Counted from the first letter of the stretch, positions 24,401 to 37,774 are shown. The stretch: 64,000 nucleotides of DNA from Macrostomum hystrix (GCA_950097015.1 CATNEN010000001.1:2666001-2730000); one strand, 5' to 3'. The notes: generated by a model not told the origin, from the sequence alone. A program made the numbers and translations.

Positions 24401-27400
24401 CCTTTTCCATCAAAAAATAAATTTTTCTCGTCCGAACTTCGTCTGTAGCTTCTCTTCTTCTATTTAGTATTTTACACAAGACACCCCTGTGTGGCCCCTT
24501 CAATCCTGTCCTGCACATCCTCCCTCACGCTCCGACGCGCCGAACTTCATCCTTTCTCCCCTCCTCCTTCATCTGCAACATCCCGAGCGTCCGCGCGGTG
24601 CCCTTGAAGCGACTGCAGCCTCCCAACTGTCACTGATTTGATTACGACGCAGCGCAGGGAGAGAACGACAGTCCACCGGAACGGGAGAGATAGGGAAGCG
24701 GGAGCTTCTTAATCCCGGGTTGAGAGAGTCTAGCCCAATCTAAGCCTCTATATAGTCGGCCAATATAGATTCCTAAGCCCCGCTAGCAACTTGGTCCGAC
24801 TATTTTATTGGGTCCTCTTTTTTATCGAAAGTTACAAATTTCCAATCGTCTCTAAAGTATTTCTGGTCAGCATGCTAAAAATATCCCCAGAAATCCACGA
24901 CCAATTGATTCTGCTTGTGAGCGCAAGTATTTTATATAAAGTTAAAATTTGCTAGGCGTACGGAATTGACTCAAAAGAGAATATAAGCCCTTGAAATTTA
25001 GAAAATTTATACAATCAGTTTTTTGGCCTGCGCGTCATACTCGTAGGATTGAACATAATGAACTTTGTCGTTTGCTATATAATTTATGCAGATGACCTTG
25101 AATGAGTGAGTTCAAGTATTATTACTAATTGTCTTAACAGGGCAAAGTCATCAGTCAAACACATGATAACTTGATAAGAACATTTCGAACTAATTTCTTG
25201 ACAGTGATGAAGATAAGGTACAATCCTATTTAGCAGCATTCCGAAATTTAGTTGTATATAAAAGTACATGTTAACAATACGATTAACAGTCTCCTCATCG
25301 TGCTAACTAACTAGAATTTACGATTGCGAATCGCAAATCACCAAATCAAACAACCAACCAACCAACCAACCAACCAACCATCCAACCAACCAGCCAACCA
25401 ACCAACCAACCAACCAACCAACCAACCAACCAACCATCCAACCAACCAACCATCCATCCAACCAACCAACCATCCAACCAACCAACCAACCAACCAACCA
25501 TCCATCCAACCAACCAACCAACCAACCATCCATCCAACCAACCAACCAACCAACCATCCATCCAACCAACCAACCAACCATCCAACCAACCAACCAACCA
25601 ACCATCCATCCAACCAACCAACCAACCAACCAACCATCCAACCAACCAACCAACCATCCAACCAACCAACCAACCAACCAACCAACCAACCACTAGCGAC
25701 AGGTCTGGTTGTAACCAGCTGCTCAGGCAGTTTGATCACAGACGAACAGCGAATACTAACCTCACTAATGCTAAACTATCTACCGTCGACTCCGCCAACA
25801 ATGAACCAATCGAAGCCTATTGTTGTTGAAGTTAGCTTTCGACTAAATCAGATTATCGACTTGGACGAGCGCAACCAGATTCTCACCACTAATGTTTTCA
25901 TTGAGCAGGTATGAAACATCGATAGTTTTCATTTGAATATTGTCTTCTAAAAGAGATTTGAAAGTTGAATCCCTCGGACGTGTTTGTGTTTTTTGCACTT
26001 TAAGCATTTAGCGCGTCGCTTATGTTGCTTGTAGCGCAACTTCTGGCCAAGAAGTCGATAGTTCGAATCGCGATGGGAAACAAAATAGGGCGTTATATTC
26101 CTGTAGCTTAAATTCATCAACTGCTAACTGTCCATGGACATGGTCTAACCATAACTGATAACCTCTACTGTATTGGGCTATCTTCTTATCTAAAGTTTAT
26201 GCCGTACTTTATGCTCGTGTTTTAGTAAGCGTGTCATTATAGCTACACTAAATATGTTTTAAAAGTAGAAAGACTATGATGGAATTTCAAATATAAACTT
26301 TTTGCTTTTAAATTTTTTTCTTTTGCAATTCTGGAAGTTAGTGGGATTTTTTGCCTTGTTTACTGGATTTTCATTGTGATTTGTTGACTGTTCAGGCGAA
26401 ACAGAAAAAAGAAAAAAGTGGGTATTCGAGCTACTCCACGTGGTCTTTCGACGGTTAATAAAAGCCATAGACACTAACTTAACTACCAAGGGTTTCCCCC
26501 CAGACAATTTTTTGTGCTGCACCCGCATGGAGCAATGCAAGCACACGAAACTCAAGAACACGGGCCAAACTTTTGTTGCGCATCTTCTGAAACAAGAGTC
26601 AAGTCACCAGCTCTTTAGACCGTCGAGATATTCAATGGTTCTGGCCGAAGGTCGGATTCTTCCCATAAGCGTCAGTGTATTTCAACACACAAATTAGCAC
26701 TGCGCCTCAGTGCGGCCTTGCAAGGTCTACAATGGACACCCTGACGTGAATTTCTCCCATTTCACTGATCAAGCCTAAATATTAGTCACAGCTCAATCAC
26801 AGTAAACCATCGCCTAGTATGTCAATCAATCAGTCACCACCCAACGCTGTTTAGCATTCGGGCGCTGCGAATAATCCCCCTTGGTATAAAAACTTGTTAA
26901 TTGATGACTGAGAAGGAGTTTAAAGGGGATAATATTTTTAATAGGTGCATATTATCCTAGCATGGGTCCTCGGTTTGGTTCTAGCAGTAAATTAATTTCC
27001 GAGACTCAAGTTTTCAATCATTCCTTTGCAGAAATGGAACGACACAAAACTGTCCTGGGGCTTAGAGGCGGCCAGCAGGGACACAAAGCTGCGGATCGCT
27101 GCTGACAAAGTATGGCTGCCAGACACATACGTGTTCAATAAGTAAGAAAATGTTACTTCTTAAACTAACATTCCTATGACTGTATCACAGCTGCTCATGT
27201 TGCGGCAAAAGATCAAAGTAAATCAAATGTTTGCCCAGGGGTTCCTAGACCAGGAAGTAACACTCTACAGCGCATGAGGTCGAAATTTGGCTTAGTAACT
27301 TTTATAAAATAAAAAATGACTCTAAATACCCACTCCAAAACGATTGATAATTTCCGAGCAGGTCTTCCCCTCAGCACATTCTAGCTTTTCGCTAGTTATT

Positions 27401-30400
27401 AATAATAAAAAATAATTATTGATAACACCTCCCCATTCGCAACCAGCAGCACTATCTATCTCTATCTATTTGCAGTGGGCCCGGGGCACTTGTCGCACAA
27501 GCAACGGAGCGGCACGCCCCCAGACCGGCGAAATAGGCGCTTAGCGCCCATCGCGCCGCCTCCCCTGAGCAGGCACCACACACAGCAGCACAGACCAGCC
27601 GGGGAGGGCAGGAGGCACCCAGAATAGGCAGCAGTGCCCCCCACCCCAGCCCCACACGCAAAGAGCAGACCAAGCCGAGCACAGCACACGGAAGGCTGAT
27701 ATGAAATCAGTCCTCAGGGGGAGCCGGGTGATGAGTGTACACTTATCCAATCGCGCTGACGGAAATCCAGAAAGCGCGCGGCGGTGTACACCCACCCCCC
27801 AGCCACCCCCGGCAAGGCCTCACGCCCCAGCGCCAACGCACACAACTCACACAACGCAGAACAGGCACACAGAAAGGTAGGAGCGAAGCTATTATTTCAA
27901 GCTTCGATTGCACGAAATATGGTGCACCTCCGCCGGTCGCTCAGTAGGCTTGAACAGAGTACAGTCTGTTCAGTCCATGGACTGGGGATGACGTCACACT
28001 ATCCTAAATTACCGCAGCTAATTCTTGTACCCATTTAACAGCTGAGTGAACTGAAGCAATGCAGAGTTAAGTGTCTTGCTAAAAGAAAATAATTGTTCCC
28101 GTTGACTCAGGAATCGAACCCCCGACCCTCTAGCCGTGAGTCCAACGGCTTATTCACCAGGCCAAAACCGCCTTGTTAATTATCTCAGCGCTAGTTAGAA
28201 AATACAAATTAAGGCATAAAAAATCTGGATGCTAACTATCTCTAAAAAACTATGAAAAGTTCCTTAGTTTTTGTTTAATTTCTTACGTTTAATTAAAATT
28301 ACTTTTAATTAATTAAAAGACACAACGCTCGTATTAAAAATTATAACTTTGACTTTCACAACTATCGCTATGGTCCGTGTGAATTAATCTTTGAGTTCTC
28401 TTTCTCAAGGCCAGCAATAACGAAGTCGCTTTTCCTGCTCTTCGCGCTCACGGTGAGAAATAGAGTGAAAAGTATAGGGTTCCTGATCACGAGAACCTGT
28501 TTACTGTACCCTGTGTGTAGCCTGATTGCCCCCTGCACAGATGTCACTGTGCTTCGCTGAGAAGCCATCTCAACCGGAGTTAATTTTGTCAGGCCTATGT
28601 TAGCCCAGCTACAGGCATAGCCAGTTGAACAGATGCTAGCACTCAAATGAGAAATAATATAATTAGATCTCGTTGCTCACAGCCTCGAGGCTTGAGACAA
28701 GCGCTTTGGGGGAGTGAAATGTGGATTAGAGTAGAGACAACCTAGTCTGGCGCTATGCAGCCATATGGAAAATTGAGAGGAGGGAGCCTAACGAACTGAA
28801 CAATTTGGACCCGTCCGGGCTCGCTCTAGTTTCTGGAGCACAGAAATCTGTTTCGGTTCAGTCAATATTGGTTTATTTGGAGTTTCAATATTTCAATAAT
28901 AATAATACATTGAGAGCATTATAATTTAATTGAGCATATAAGCATGTTTCTTTTCACTGGTAGCTGAAATGCCAATAAGTTCTTTTAAGGTTTAGAATTA
29001 ATTCTGTTCGCTATTATTACCTACTTGATAGGTAAATAAAGATGACATTTACTGACCCCGTATTCACTTACTAACGAACACGGGTAAGCACTTACACACA
29101 GGGTATGCGCATTCACCCTGACTTTTTAACCGCCAGGGATTTTAATCGAACAATCTCAGTGTCCTGAGGGTGAGCCCATGATAAGAATAATTTCAAGCGA
29201 CCTACGGACTACAGCTTAGCAATGTGCCCGTGTGTCCCGTACTGATCATTGATTGGCGCTCATGCTGGTAAAATTAAATTAGCTTAAAACTTTCCAAGCC
29301 TTCAGAGCGCCATGTTTATATTTGTACTTGTGTCACGAACCTGCGTTGGTTTTCCAAAGCATTCGCAGCATCTAACCTTGAGCCGCATATCACTCACCAG
29401 CGCCGACAGTCGCAAGTCCGGCTTCCTGCGATCAGTGTACGTCCTGCTGCAGCCGAACGGACAGGTCTCCTGGCCAGTGCCCGACAAGCTCCGCACCACC
29501 TGCCAGGTGAACATTGCTAACTTTCCATTCGACTACCAGAAATGCAGCATCCGGCTCGGCTCCTGGGTGCACAACAAACACCAGCTGGTGTTCCAGCCTC
29601 GCTCGCTAGACTCCATCGATGAGATAGACTACACGGACAACAGCGAATGGCAGCTACTGTCAGCAAAGCCCTACATACGCCACAGACGACTCAGCGTCGC
29701 TGGACACCTGCCGAAACGGATGGACGGCGCCGGCGATCGAGATGTCGAACCACATCGCGAGTTCTCCGATCTTGTCATCGAGCTTGTCATTCGACGTCGC
29801 AGCTTCTTTTACGTCTGGAATATCATCCTGCCCTGCGTCATGCTGTCAGTGCTGACGCTGTTCACGTTTCGCGTGCCGCCGGACAATTGCGAGAAGATTA
29901 GCATGGGCCTGTCGGTGTTTCTCGCTTTTTCCATGTTTATGCTGCTGGTGGCTGAACAGGTGCCGGCAACTAGCGAGAGTGTTCCGCTGATAGGTGAGCC
30001 GGCGTCAGACTATTTCAATGCGAAGTGCACATGCCTTTTAGTGATAACAATTTTTTAACAATAAATAAAAAAAATTAATGCTCTCCCGTTAGACTAGGCC
30101 ACTAAGTTTTTTATATCGATTAAAATACCAATAATGCACCCCATCCAGATATGCCTAAAGTTACTGAAAAAAACTAGTCGTAGGATATCCTCTCAGATAC
30201 TTTCGGACCTTCTCACGGACCCTTTGAGAAATCACCATGACTTATTTAAGACGTTCTCACCTACCCCTTGAGGCATAACCGTGACTTCTTTGAGAGGTTC
30301 TCACCTAACCCTTGACACGTTCTCACCAACCCTATGAGAAATCTCCATGACTCCTTTGAGACGTTCTCAACAGCCCTTTGAGACGTTTATCTGAAATCTT

Positions 30401-32662
30401 CCAAGATCCCTTAAGACATCCAAGAAGACTCTAACTGGCAAGACTCTTAGATATGCTATCGCAAGAAACAGTATTGACTCCCAATTCCAGGGCTGTACAT
30501 CACCGTACTGATGTCTATGACCACTGTATCAGTGATCTTCTCAGTTTGCATCGTGAACCTCAATCATCGGGGCTCAAAGTTTCGACCGCCGCCTCTGCTA
30601 CTGAAGCGCCTGTTTGTTGACTGGCTGGGTAGACTCATGCGCGTGGTGGACAGTGTCGAGAAAGCTGCTCGGCAGTTCGAAGTGGTTCGTCAATTATTTA
30701 TTTGGCTTGGCTGAATTGCGCTATAAATTTTTTACATTTAGTTTAGAAAGCTATAAAACTAGTGGCGACTCCTAAATTATTTTTGAAATGCACATTACGA
30801 AATAAAACAAAAATGAAAATACAGAACTCAGGTTTGAAAATTGTCTAATCGATATATTTAGAAAAAAAACTCGTTTTGCTTTCTGAATATAATACGCAAG
30901 TAATTCCTTCAGTATGGTGGAAAAACGAAGTTTCCACAGCTCGTTGCTAGTACTCGTACATAGATAGTCTTAGACCTTTCAGCTTCTTAAAAAAACACCA
31001 ATCGTGTACCTCGTGGACCCTAAAGCGAATTCAAAAGATGACAGCAGGTCAGATTCAATGGGGATCGCAATCTCGGGGACACGAGTCACAGAAGACACGA
31101 GATAAGGAAGAGATGAGATACGGGAGAGACACGGAGAGATAAAACAGGGAAAGATAAGACTGCGGAGAGATGAGACGCGATAGAGATGAGACACGACAGA
31201 GATGCGACACGGGTGGGATGAGAAACGGGTGAGATGAGACACGGGTGAGATAAGACACGGGAGAGACGTGATACGGGAGAGATGAGACGCGATAGAGATG
31301 AGACACGAGAGAGATGCGACACGGGTGGGATGCGACACGGGTGAGATAAGACACGGGAGAGACGTCATACGGGAGAGATGAGACGCGATAGAGATGAGAC
31401 ACGAGAGAGATGCGACACGGGTGGGATGAGACACGGGTGAGATAAGACACGGGAGAGACGTGATACGGGAGAGATGAGACACGGGAGAGATGAGACACGT
31501 GAGAGATGAGACAAGGAGAGATGAGACACGGGTGGGATGAGACAAGGAGAGATGAGACACGGGTGGGATGAGACACGGGTGAGATAAGACACGGGAGAGA
31601 CGAGATACGGGAGAGATGAGACACGGGAGAGATGAGACAAGGAGAGATGAGACACGGGAGAGATGAGACAAGGAGAGATGAGACACGGGAGAGATGAGAC
31701 AAGGAGAGATGAGACACGGGAGAGATGAGACAAGGAGAGATGAGACAAGGAGAGTTGAGACACGAGAGAGATGAGACATGGAAGAGATGAGAATAAGACA
31801 GGGGAGAGATAATATTGAGGAGATTGGACAAGGAGAAATGCGACTCGGAGAGATAAGACTGAGGAAAATATAAGACTGAGGAGAGATGATACAGTGGAGA
31901 GATGAGACAGGGGGATGTAATAATGGGAGACATACGAAACACAGGCGGTGTTGTGAGGGGCCAGGCGGTCGGATACCTGGTTGACTCTGACACCTCAAAC
32001 CATGCATCCAGGCTGACGGGCTGGCCTACCGCAAGACCACAGACGAATACCAGCATCGCATGTCCGGCATTCGATCGCAAATTGCCTTCTTTCGCGACTG
32101 TCTCCGGCTGCAGCGCCTGGAGGCCGAGCTGAACTCGGCAGTCTGCAGATCCTCGTCAGCAGCTGCGGAGCAGCAACCCAGCAATGACCCACTGACCAGG
32201 TGGCTTAGCCCGACTCCGGCTCAACATCGTCAGCCGACTTCGACGTCGTCAAGCATCACACCGGCGAGAATACCAAGACTGCGCAAATTCGAGTCGGCCT
32301 GTTCTCGGCTTCCCTACCTGGACTCAGCCGATGAAGCCGTGACACCGTTGGCTTCTCCTCTGCCGACGCCAGTCTCGACAGCAACCGTAGTGGAAGAGAC
32401 AGAGTCGCCCGCGATTTCCAGCAATCTCAGTCGGCGTCAGAGAAGCAACGAACCATCAGCAGCATCCCCAAATTCTCCTCAGAACAATGATGATAATGAA
32501 ATCCATTTGAGTGAGCTCAGCCGAGTTGTGACAGAATGGAAGCTGATTGCTTTAGTGATTGACACCTTGTTTTTTTATTTGTTCCTCTTCGGCACAGTGT
32601 TTGTTTATGTCTATCTGTTCTACATTTTTCCTAGTATTAACTTGCAAAATCAAGGGCTTTAA
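21481..32662 (+). CDS. Nicotinic acetylcholine receptor-like Cys-loop ligand-gated cation channel subunit (non-alpha type); exons 21481-21556, 25703-25908, 27032-27141, 29401-29993, 30491-30684, 32012-32662
   Basis: [28 protein letters not shown], Cys loop [20 protein letters not shown]1 [16 protein letters not shown]2 [32 protein letters not shown]3, TM4 [14 protein letters not shown]. Introns are GT..AG and phase-consistent; the first (signal peptide) exon is less certain. Confidence 0.92.
21745..23597. repeat. 20-bp minisatellite (consensus ACAGACACAGAACACTTGGG) in nAChR intron 1
   Basis: About 90 tandem units with variants, directly visible. Confidence 0.97.
23674..24017 (-). mobile_element. 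tRNA-derived SINE family A
   Basis: Reverse complement matches the family A head, body and 3' module. Confidence 0.8.
25350..25692. repeat. (AACC)n/(ATCC)n microsatellite abutting the nAChR exon-2 acceptor
   Basis: Directly visible. Confidence 0.97.
26484..26886. mobile_element. Non-autonomous DNA element (TACCAAGGG termini), copy 2
   Basis: TIR-like ends taccaagggtttcccc / aatccccttggta; internal homology to 1621-1901. Confidence 0.7.
27451..27900 (-). mobile_element. GC-rich retroposed fragment ending in a short (GATA)n tail
   Basis: Abrupt GC-rich block whose minus-strand 3' end reads ...gggcccactgcaaatagatagagatagatag; resembles a 5'-truncated LINE or SINE 3' end. Confidence 0.4.
27958..28172 (-). 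mobile_element. tRNA-derived CORE-SINE (family B)
   Basis: Minus strand has an A-box-like tggcctggtg, B box ggttcgattcc, then gcaagacacttaactctgcattgcttcagttcactcagctgttaaatggg, which resembles the MIR CORE domain. Confidence 0.75.
30205..30450. repeat. Degenerate ~21-23-bp tandem repeat (gagacgttctcacctaccctt-like)
   Basis: Recurring ttctcac..ccct(t)tgag units. Confidence 0.6.
31080..31935. repeat. Purine-rich ~17-bp minisatellite (GAGAGATGAGACACGGG) in nAChR intron 5
   Basis: Directly visible tandem units with higher-order blocks. Confidence 0.95.
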
Positions 32663-32950
32663 ATCAAGTTTAAGCAATTTAACACACATACTGGTAGTTA
32701 ACAATAGGACTGGAGGACTGGAGAACTTTAGCTGGTTCAGGAATGATTCATAGACCCTGCTCACCTCTGTGTCATGCAAGCTTGTTGATACTTTGCTTCT
32801 TATCGCGACACTATGACGCCATTAACTAGACTTGAATGTTACCTGCAGGGGTTGTAACCTGGCGTTTATAGCGTCGGACTCACGTACACAGATACCGTAC
32901 ACAGGCACTCACACAAGGGTGTACGAGCGTACACCCCCGACTCATTCTCA

Positions 32951-33150
32951 TGTGGTTAGAGTGTCGGACTCATGACTTGAAGGTCGGCGGTTCGATAATT
33001 GACCGTCTGAAATAATTTGTGTCCTTTATCAAAACACTCACCTCTGCATTGCTCCAGCTCACACTGCTGTTAAATAGGTGCCAGAATTAGCTGTGGTAAT
33101 TGAGGGTGGGTATGGCGTCCCCCAGTCCATGGACTGAACAGACCGTACGC
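32951..33150 (+). mobile_element. tRNA-derived CORE-SINE (family B)
   Basis: gtggttagagtgtcggactcatgac..ggttcgat head, CORE-like body, and 3' ccccagtccatggactgaacagac shared with 27958-28172. Confidence 0.7.
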
Positions 33151-33753
33151 AGCCTTCAAATGCGTCGCACGATACCTGTGGCTGTGGTTTTAGTCTATCA
33201 TTATTAAGTTTTTATTATAAGAATTGTTTAAATATTATAACTTTCCATCGAATCAATGATGAGAGGATAGAAATCTAGCTCAGCGCTGAAGCTCCAATTG
33301 CAGTACTTTCTTCAGAGCCTTCCTCAGAACTTGATAGCGAATTCTCGTGTTGCATTATGCTCACATTGCAAAGTTAGCCTTCATTGTATTCGGATACTGT
33401 ACCAAATGCGGCATATCAGTTCAATTATGTTCCAAATAAATTTACCAGAGCACATCTTATAGTATTTTACTAACTATGCACTGTGTTAATCGCGTTTGCC
33501 ATGGCTCTGTCATGCATCTTTAATGCGATCAAAGCATCGTAAATAATGGCTAGTCCAGGAGATGGTCGGTAGTGGCTTTTGTTTCTTTTTTTGTAAATTT
33601 CTGAGTTCTAAGTGTGCTGAGAATACCAATATTCTTTAGGCATCAGGCATTATTAGGCATTCTAGAAATCACCCCTAACACAGTTGGGTCAGGGGAGTCT
33701 TTCTCGAAAGCAACAAAATATGGGCCATAGACGTAAGTTGACAATAGAAATAA

Positions 33754-34224
33754 TATAGCTTTTTGCAGACTATTTGATCATTCGAGCATTCGATTTAATC
33801 CACAGTGGCAAAATCCAAGCGTTTCAGGTCGATTTTCAAGTTGTCTATGGCCAAAAGTATGACCATAGAGCAGTCGATTTGATCCTTCGGACACGCATTT
33901 AAGCCTCTCTCCACTGTTTGGTAATTAATTTTTGCCCTTGAACACAGACTAGACAGTCATCATCAGACGTCAGAGAGCGAAGCAGCTAACACTGTTCGAC
34001 GAAGAAAGTGAGGACAGCTTTGATTCCATCGACGAAGTGGCATGCAACAGTGGCATAATAAATCTATGGGGCAGGACTAAATGCGTGTCCGAAGGATCAA
34101 ATCGATTGCTCTATGGTCATACTTTTGACCATAGACAACTCGAAAATCGGCCTGAAACGCTTGGATTTGCCACTTTGGATTAAATCGAATGCTCGAAGGA
34201 TCAAATGATCTGCAAAAAGCTATA
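33754..34224. mobile_element. MITE with ~147-bp TIRs and TA-flanked ends
   Basis: 33754-33901 is a near-perfect reverse complement of 34078-34224 (tatagctttttgcaga.../...tctgcaaaaagctata). Confidence 0.85.
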
Positions 34225-34561
34225 ATTGCAGAAGGGCAGCAGGCAATGGCACATCATTTGGTGACACTAGACCCGCAGCCAGCGATGGGGCAGTTCTGCC
34301 CATTTTGTTGACTCCTGAGCACACACGCACACAGATACCATACGCAGGCACACGCTCACACAGGTGTGTACATTTGCCCTCAATCTCTCATCAGGCAGTG
34401 TACACTTCATTGTGCCTTGGAGGTTGGCCCTGAAGTGAGTAAATTGCACGAAAACCCCCTAAGCCTTCTCTCCGCGGCTGCGCTCCAAATGAATGTGGCC
34501 ACGCCTCGGAATCGAGCTCAGGAACATTAGCAAACGCGTTAATCGCTCTGCCACTGACCCC
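34225..34561 (-). mobile_element. tRNA-derived SINE family A
   Basis: Reverse complement of family A; abuts the right end of the MITE. Confidence 0.85.
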
Positions 34562-36089
34562 ATATAGACGTAGCTTCGTCGGGAAGGAAGAAATTATGCT
34601 TTGATGGAAAGGCTCGCAACTTGATACGACGTACTATCGAGCGAGCTGATAACTTAGCGCAACTAATGAAAAGATACTGCCAGGCTTGCAAGTGAAGTTC
34701 CACGCTTAGGACCGAGTCCGCGTTCTTCTATCACATTGTCAATTTGACTAGCCAACAGTGGGGATCGGCCAAAGACTTGACGAGCATTGATACACTCTGA
34801 TTGTTTATTTTCTATGGTAAAATCTCAATTTTTACTATGTTAGCTAGACTCAATGGTTCTGTCTAAGGATTCGAGGGCACGGAGTGCATTATTCTATGGC
34901 CTAATCGTTCCATAATCGTGACGTAATATTGAAAAGTAAGCAAAGTTTAGCTATAAAGCAGCAAAACTTTTTAATCTCGATTACTGCTTCAGATTTCAGA
35001 TCCAGATTCCACTTATTTTCTGAAGAAATATGACAGCACGAAACTCGGGTAAAATGTTCATACCCTGTCTTGCAAAACAGCTTCGCTAAGCACCTGATGA
35101 ATTTGATAGGATTTTTGTAGAACTTGGTGGCTATATTGTTATTCCACAGGAAATGCAATGAAATTACGAGCATACAGCAAACAGTCTTGAAACCACTGGA
35201 CGACATATCTGTCAGGATTCTAGCATTTTTGAAGTGCATTCGGCGATTAAATTAATTGGGCTAGCAATGGCAGCCCAAACCCAATGCCTTAGGTGGTCAT
35301 AAAATTAACGACTTTCTCTGTGCAAACATGAGCTACTACACGTCATCGTAAATTTTCTAATGAGCGAAGAAAACACTTCAGAAAAGCTTCAGCTGCATGG
35401 GCCCGATAAAACGGAATGCGATAATGTTGGGAATTTTTCTGCCCCTCCCCGTGGGGAGTTGTTGAATTCTAGGCAGCTCTTATATGCACATTGGTTGCTA
35501 TGCTTTCCATGCAACCTACTTAACCAACAGTGCTGTTTTAACCGAAATTGTAAGCACTATTCACGAGAGAGAGTTAAAATAGTGCTTCCTTGTACTACTG
35601 ATTTCAGTAGTAGCACTGTCGGAAAAAAATTAATTTTAGCATCAACGGTAGATTAGACTACGGAACATATGTACTCGTACCACTCAAGCGATGTTCTGGG
35701 TAAGTTATCAATGATAAATATTCTGTTTCCAGCCAAGAATAGAGTAGAAATTAAACCACTGGCCTGCAAAGAAGTCAAAGTCAAAGCTGTTATTCATTAT
35801 ACAGCTGTGTGAACTGAAGCACAATGGAATCAAGTGTCTTGCTCAAAGTCTACAAAGGGATAGTTTATTTTATTAACGATGGTAATCAAAATGAGCCTGT
35901 TTACGAGCTTAAGTCAACTCAGACAGAAAATTGGACTGCAAAGTTCTATCAAAGTAAAGAAAAACCCTAAATTTTTAACTTGCCTCAATCATCATATTTG
36001 TTAAGTCTAAAAGACCATGAAAGTGAATTAAATACCTTTTAGTCTGTCTTCAGAAGCAAAGGAAGCAAACTAAAACATAGTTCTGTGAA

Positions 36090-36458
36090 GGGCGTCAGTG
36101 GCAGAGTGGTTTACGCGTTTTCCTCTCGCACCAAGGTCCCTGAGCTCGATTCCGCGGCAAAGCCACATTTTTTGGGGTGCAGCCGCGGAGAGAAGGCAAT
36201 TGTCAACTTGTCGTGCAATTTCTGTCCTTGAAGGCCAGCATCCAAAGCACAGTGACAGTGTACACTGCCTGACGATGAGAAAGTCAGGGCAGATGTAGAC
36301 ACTTGTGTGAGCGTGTGCCTGTGTACGGTATCTGTGTGCGTGTGTGCTCAGGAGTCAGCGGAATGGACAGAATCGCCTACACGCTGGCTGCGGGTCTAGT
36401 GTTACAGAATGATGTGCCATTGCCCGCAGCCCTCCTGCAATTATTATTATTATTATTA
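36090..36458 (+). mobile_element. tRNA-derived SINE family A, full length
   Basis: A/B boxes, body and (ATT)n tail; degenerate TSD tagttctgtgaa / tagctctgtaaa. Confidence 0.85.
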
Positions 36459-36582
36459 GCTCTGTAAAATGTGGCTTGACTCAGGATCTCAGGAATAGCA
36501 GTTGAGTACTGCCTTCTTTTTTTAGCTTATACTCTGCTTCAAAGCAATCGACAATCAATGCAGCCAATTCAAGCACTGAATC

Positions 36583-37266
36583 TATACTGTCTAACAAAAG
36601 TTCATGTACGGTTGCTTCTGTTGCCTCTAGTATCCCTAATTTCCATCCGTTTCAAATGAAAATTAGTGCAAATGAAAGCTGGGAATCACTGCAACATTTT
36701 CTGTTTCACCGTATTTTTTTATTCTGGAGTGGCTCGGAACAGCTTGCCGTTTAGCACAGACAGGTCGAATAAAAAAAGTGACAGAATGACATAGAGCAAG
36801 CAGTCTATGGCCAACTTTCTTCTTATGGCTCACAACTGGCATGTCTCTCAGAAAGGGCAAGTTAAGTCATGGAACTTTGCGAGGAAGCACAGGGTTATAC
36901 AGTGTGCGACAGTTTAGGCCATAGACATGTCGCCTGGGGTGAAGAATTAAAGCAAACCCCCCACACACACAGAGCGATCGATCGACAGAAGGCTTCCTAG
37001 ACACTCTGTGGAGTTTGTCAGCGCGTGAAGAAAGTTGGCCATAGACTGCTTGCTCTATGTCATTCTGTCACTTTTTTTATTCGACCTGTCTGTGCTAAAC
37101 GGCAAGCTGTTCCGAGCCACTCCAGAATAAAAAAATACGGTGAAACAGAAAATGTTGCAGAGATTCCCAGCTTTCATTTGCACTAATTTTCATTTGAAAC
37201 GGATGGAAATTATGGATACTAGAGGCAACAGAAGCAACCGTACAAGAACTTTTGTTAGACAGTATA
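36583..37266. mobile_element. MITE with 240-bp TIRs (Tc1/mariner-like TA ends)
   Basis: 36583-36822 and 37027-37266 are near-perfect inverted repeats around a 204-bp spacer; ends tatactgtctaac / gttagacagtata. Confidence 0.9.
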
Positions 37267-37774
37267 CGTGGGTGGGTCTCGCTAACTCTTCCATTCGTGT
37301 TTTGAATGGAAGCAAACACACAAAATCTATTTTGTTCTTGCATTCTAAACTAGGTTGATTTGCTTCTAGTTCTAAAACATGGGAGACAGAAGGACTTACA
37401 CAATGTGTTCAGCTAAGCAACGGCTTCCGTCTCTTGCAACCAGAGTGGGTTAAAAATTACTGCAATGTTTGCTAAAGTAAAGTAAAATCACTTTAGTTAC
37501 ACTTCACAAGCAGAGTTTGCACATATTCTTCTTCGAAACTTTGATATTTTAGACTCAAGCGGTGGAACAATAATAAATAAAGAATGAAAATAAAATTGAT
37601 AATATATTTATGCTGGTATACACGATAAATAAAGGGACTATCGGAAATTGATAACAAAATTGGAAACCTGTAAGTTATAAAAATATATGGTTCTGTGCAT
37701 ATTGTTTAAGAGCTGACATTACGCAAACAAATGTGACAATCTAAAAGCAGTTATCGTCACTCTAGGAGGGATTT

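Noticed and set aside
30979-32080. ~340-aa minus-strand ORFs
   Set aside because: Minisatellite artefacts antisense to the nAChR intron.
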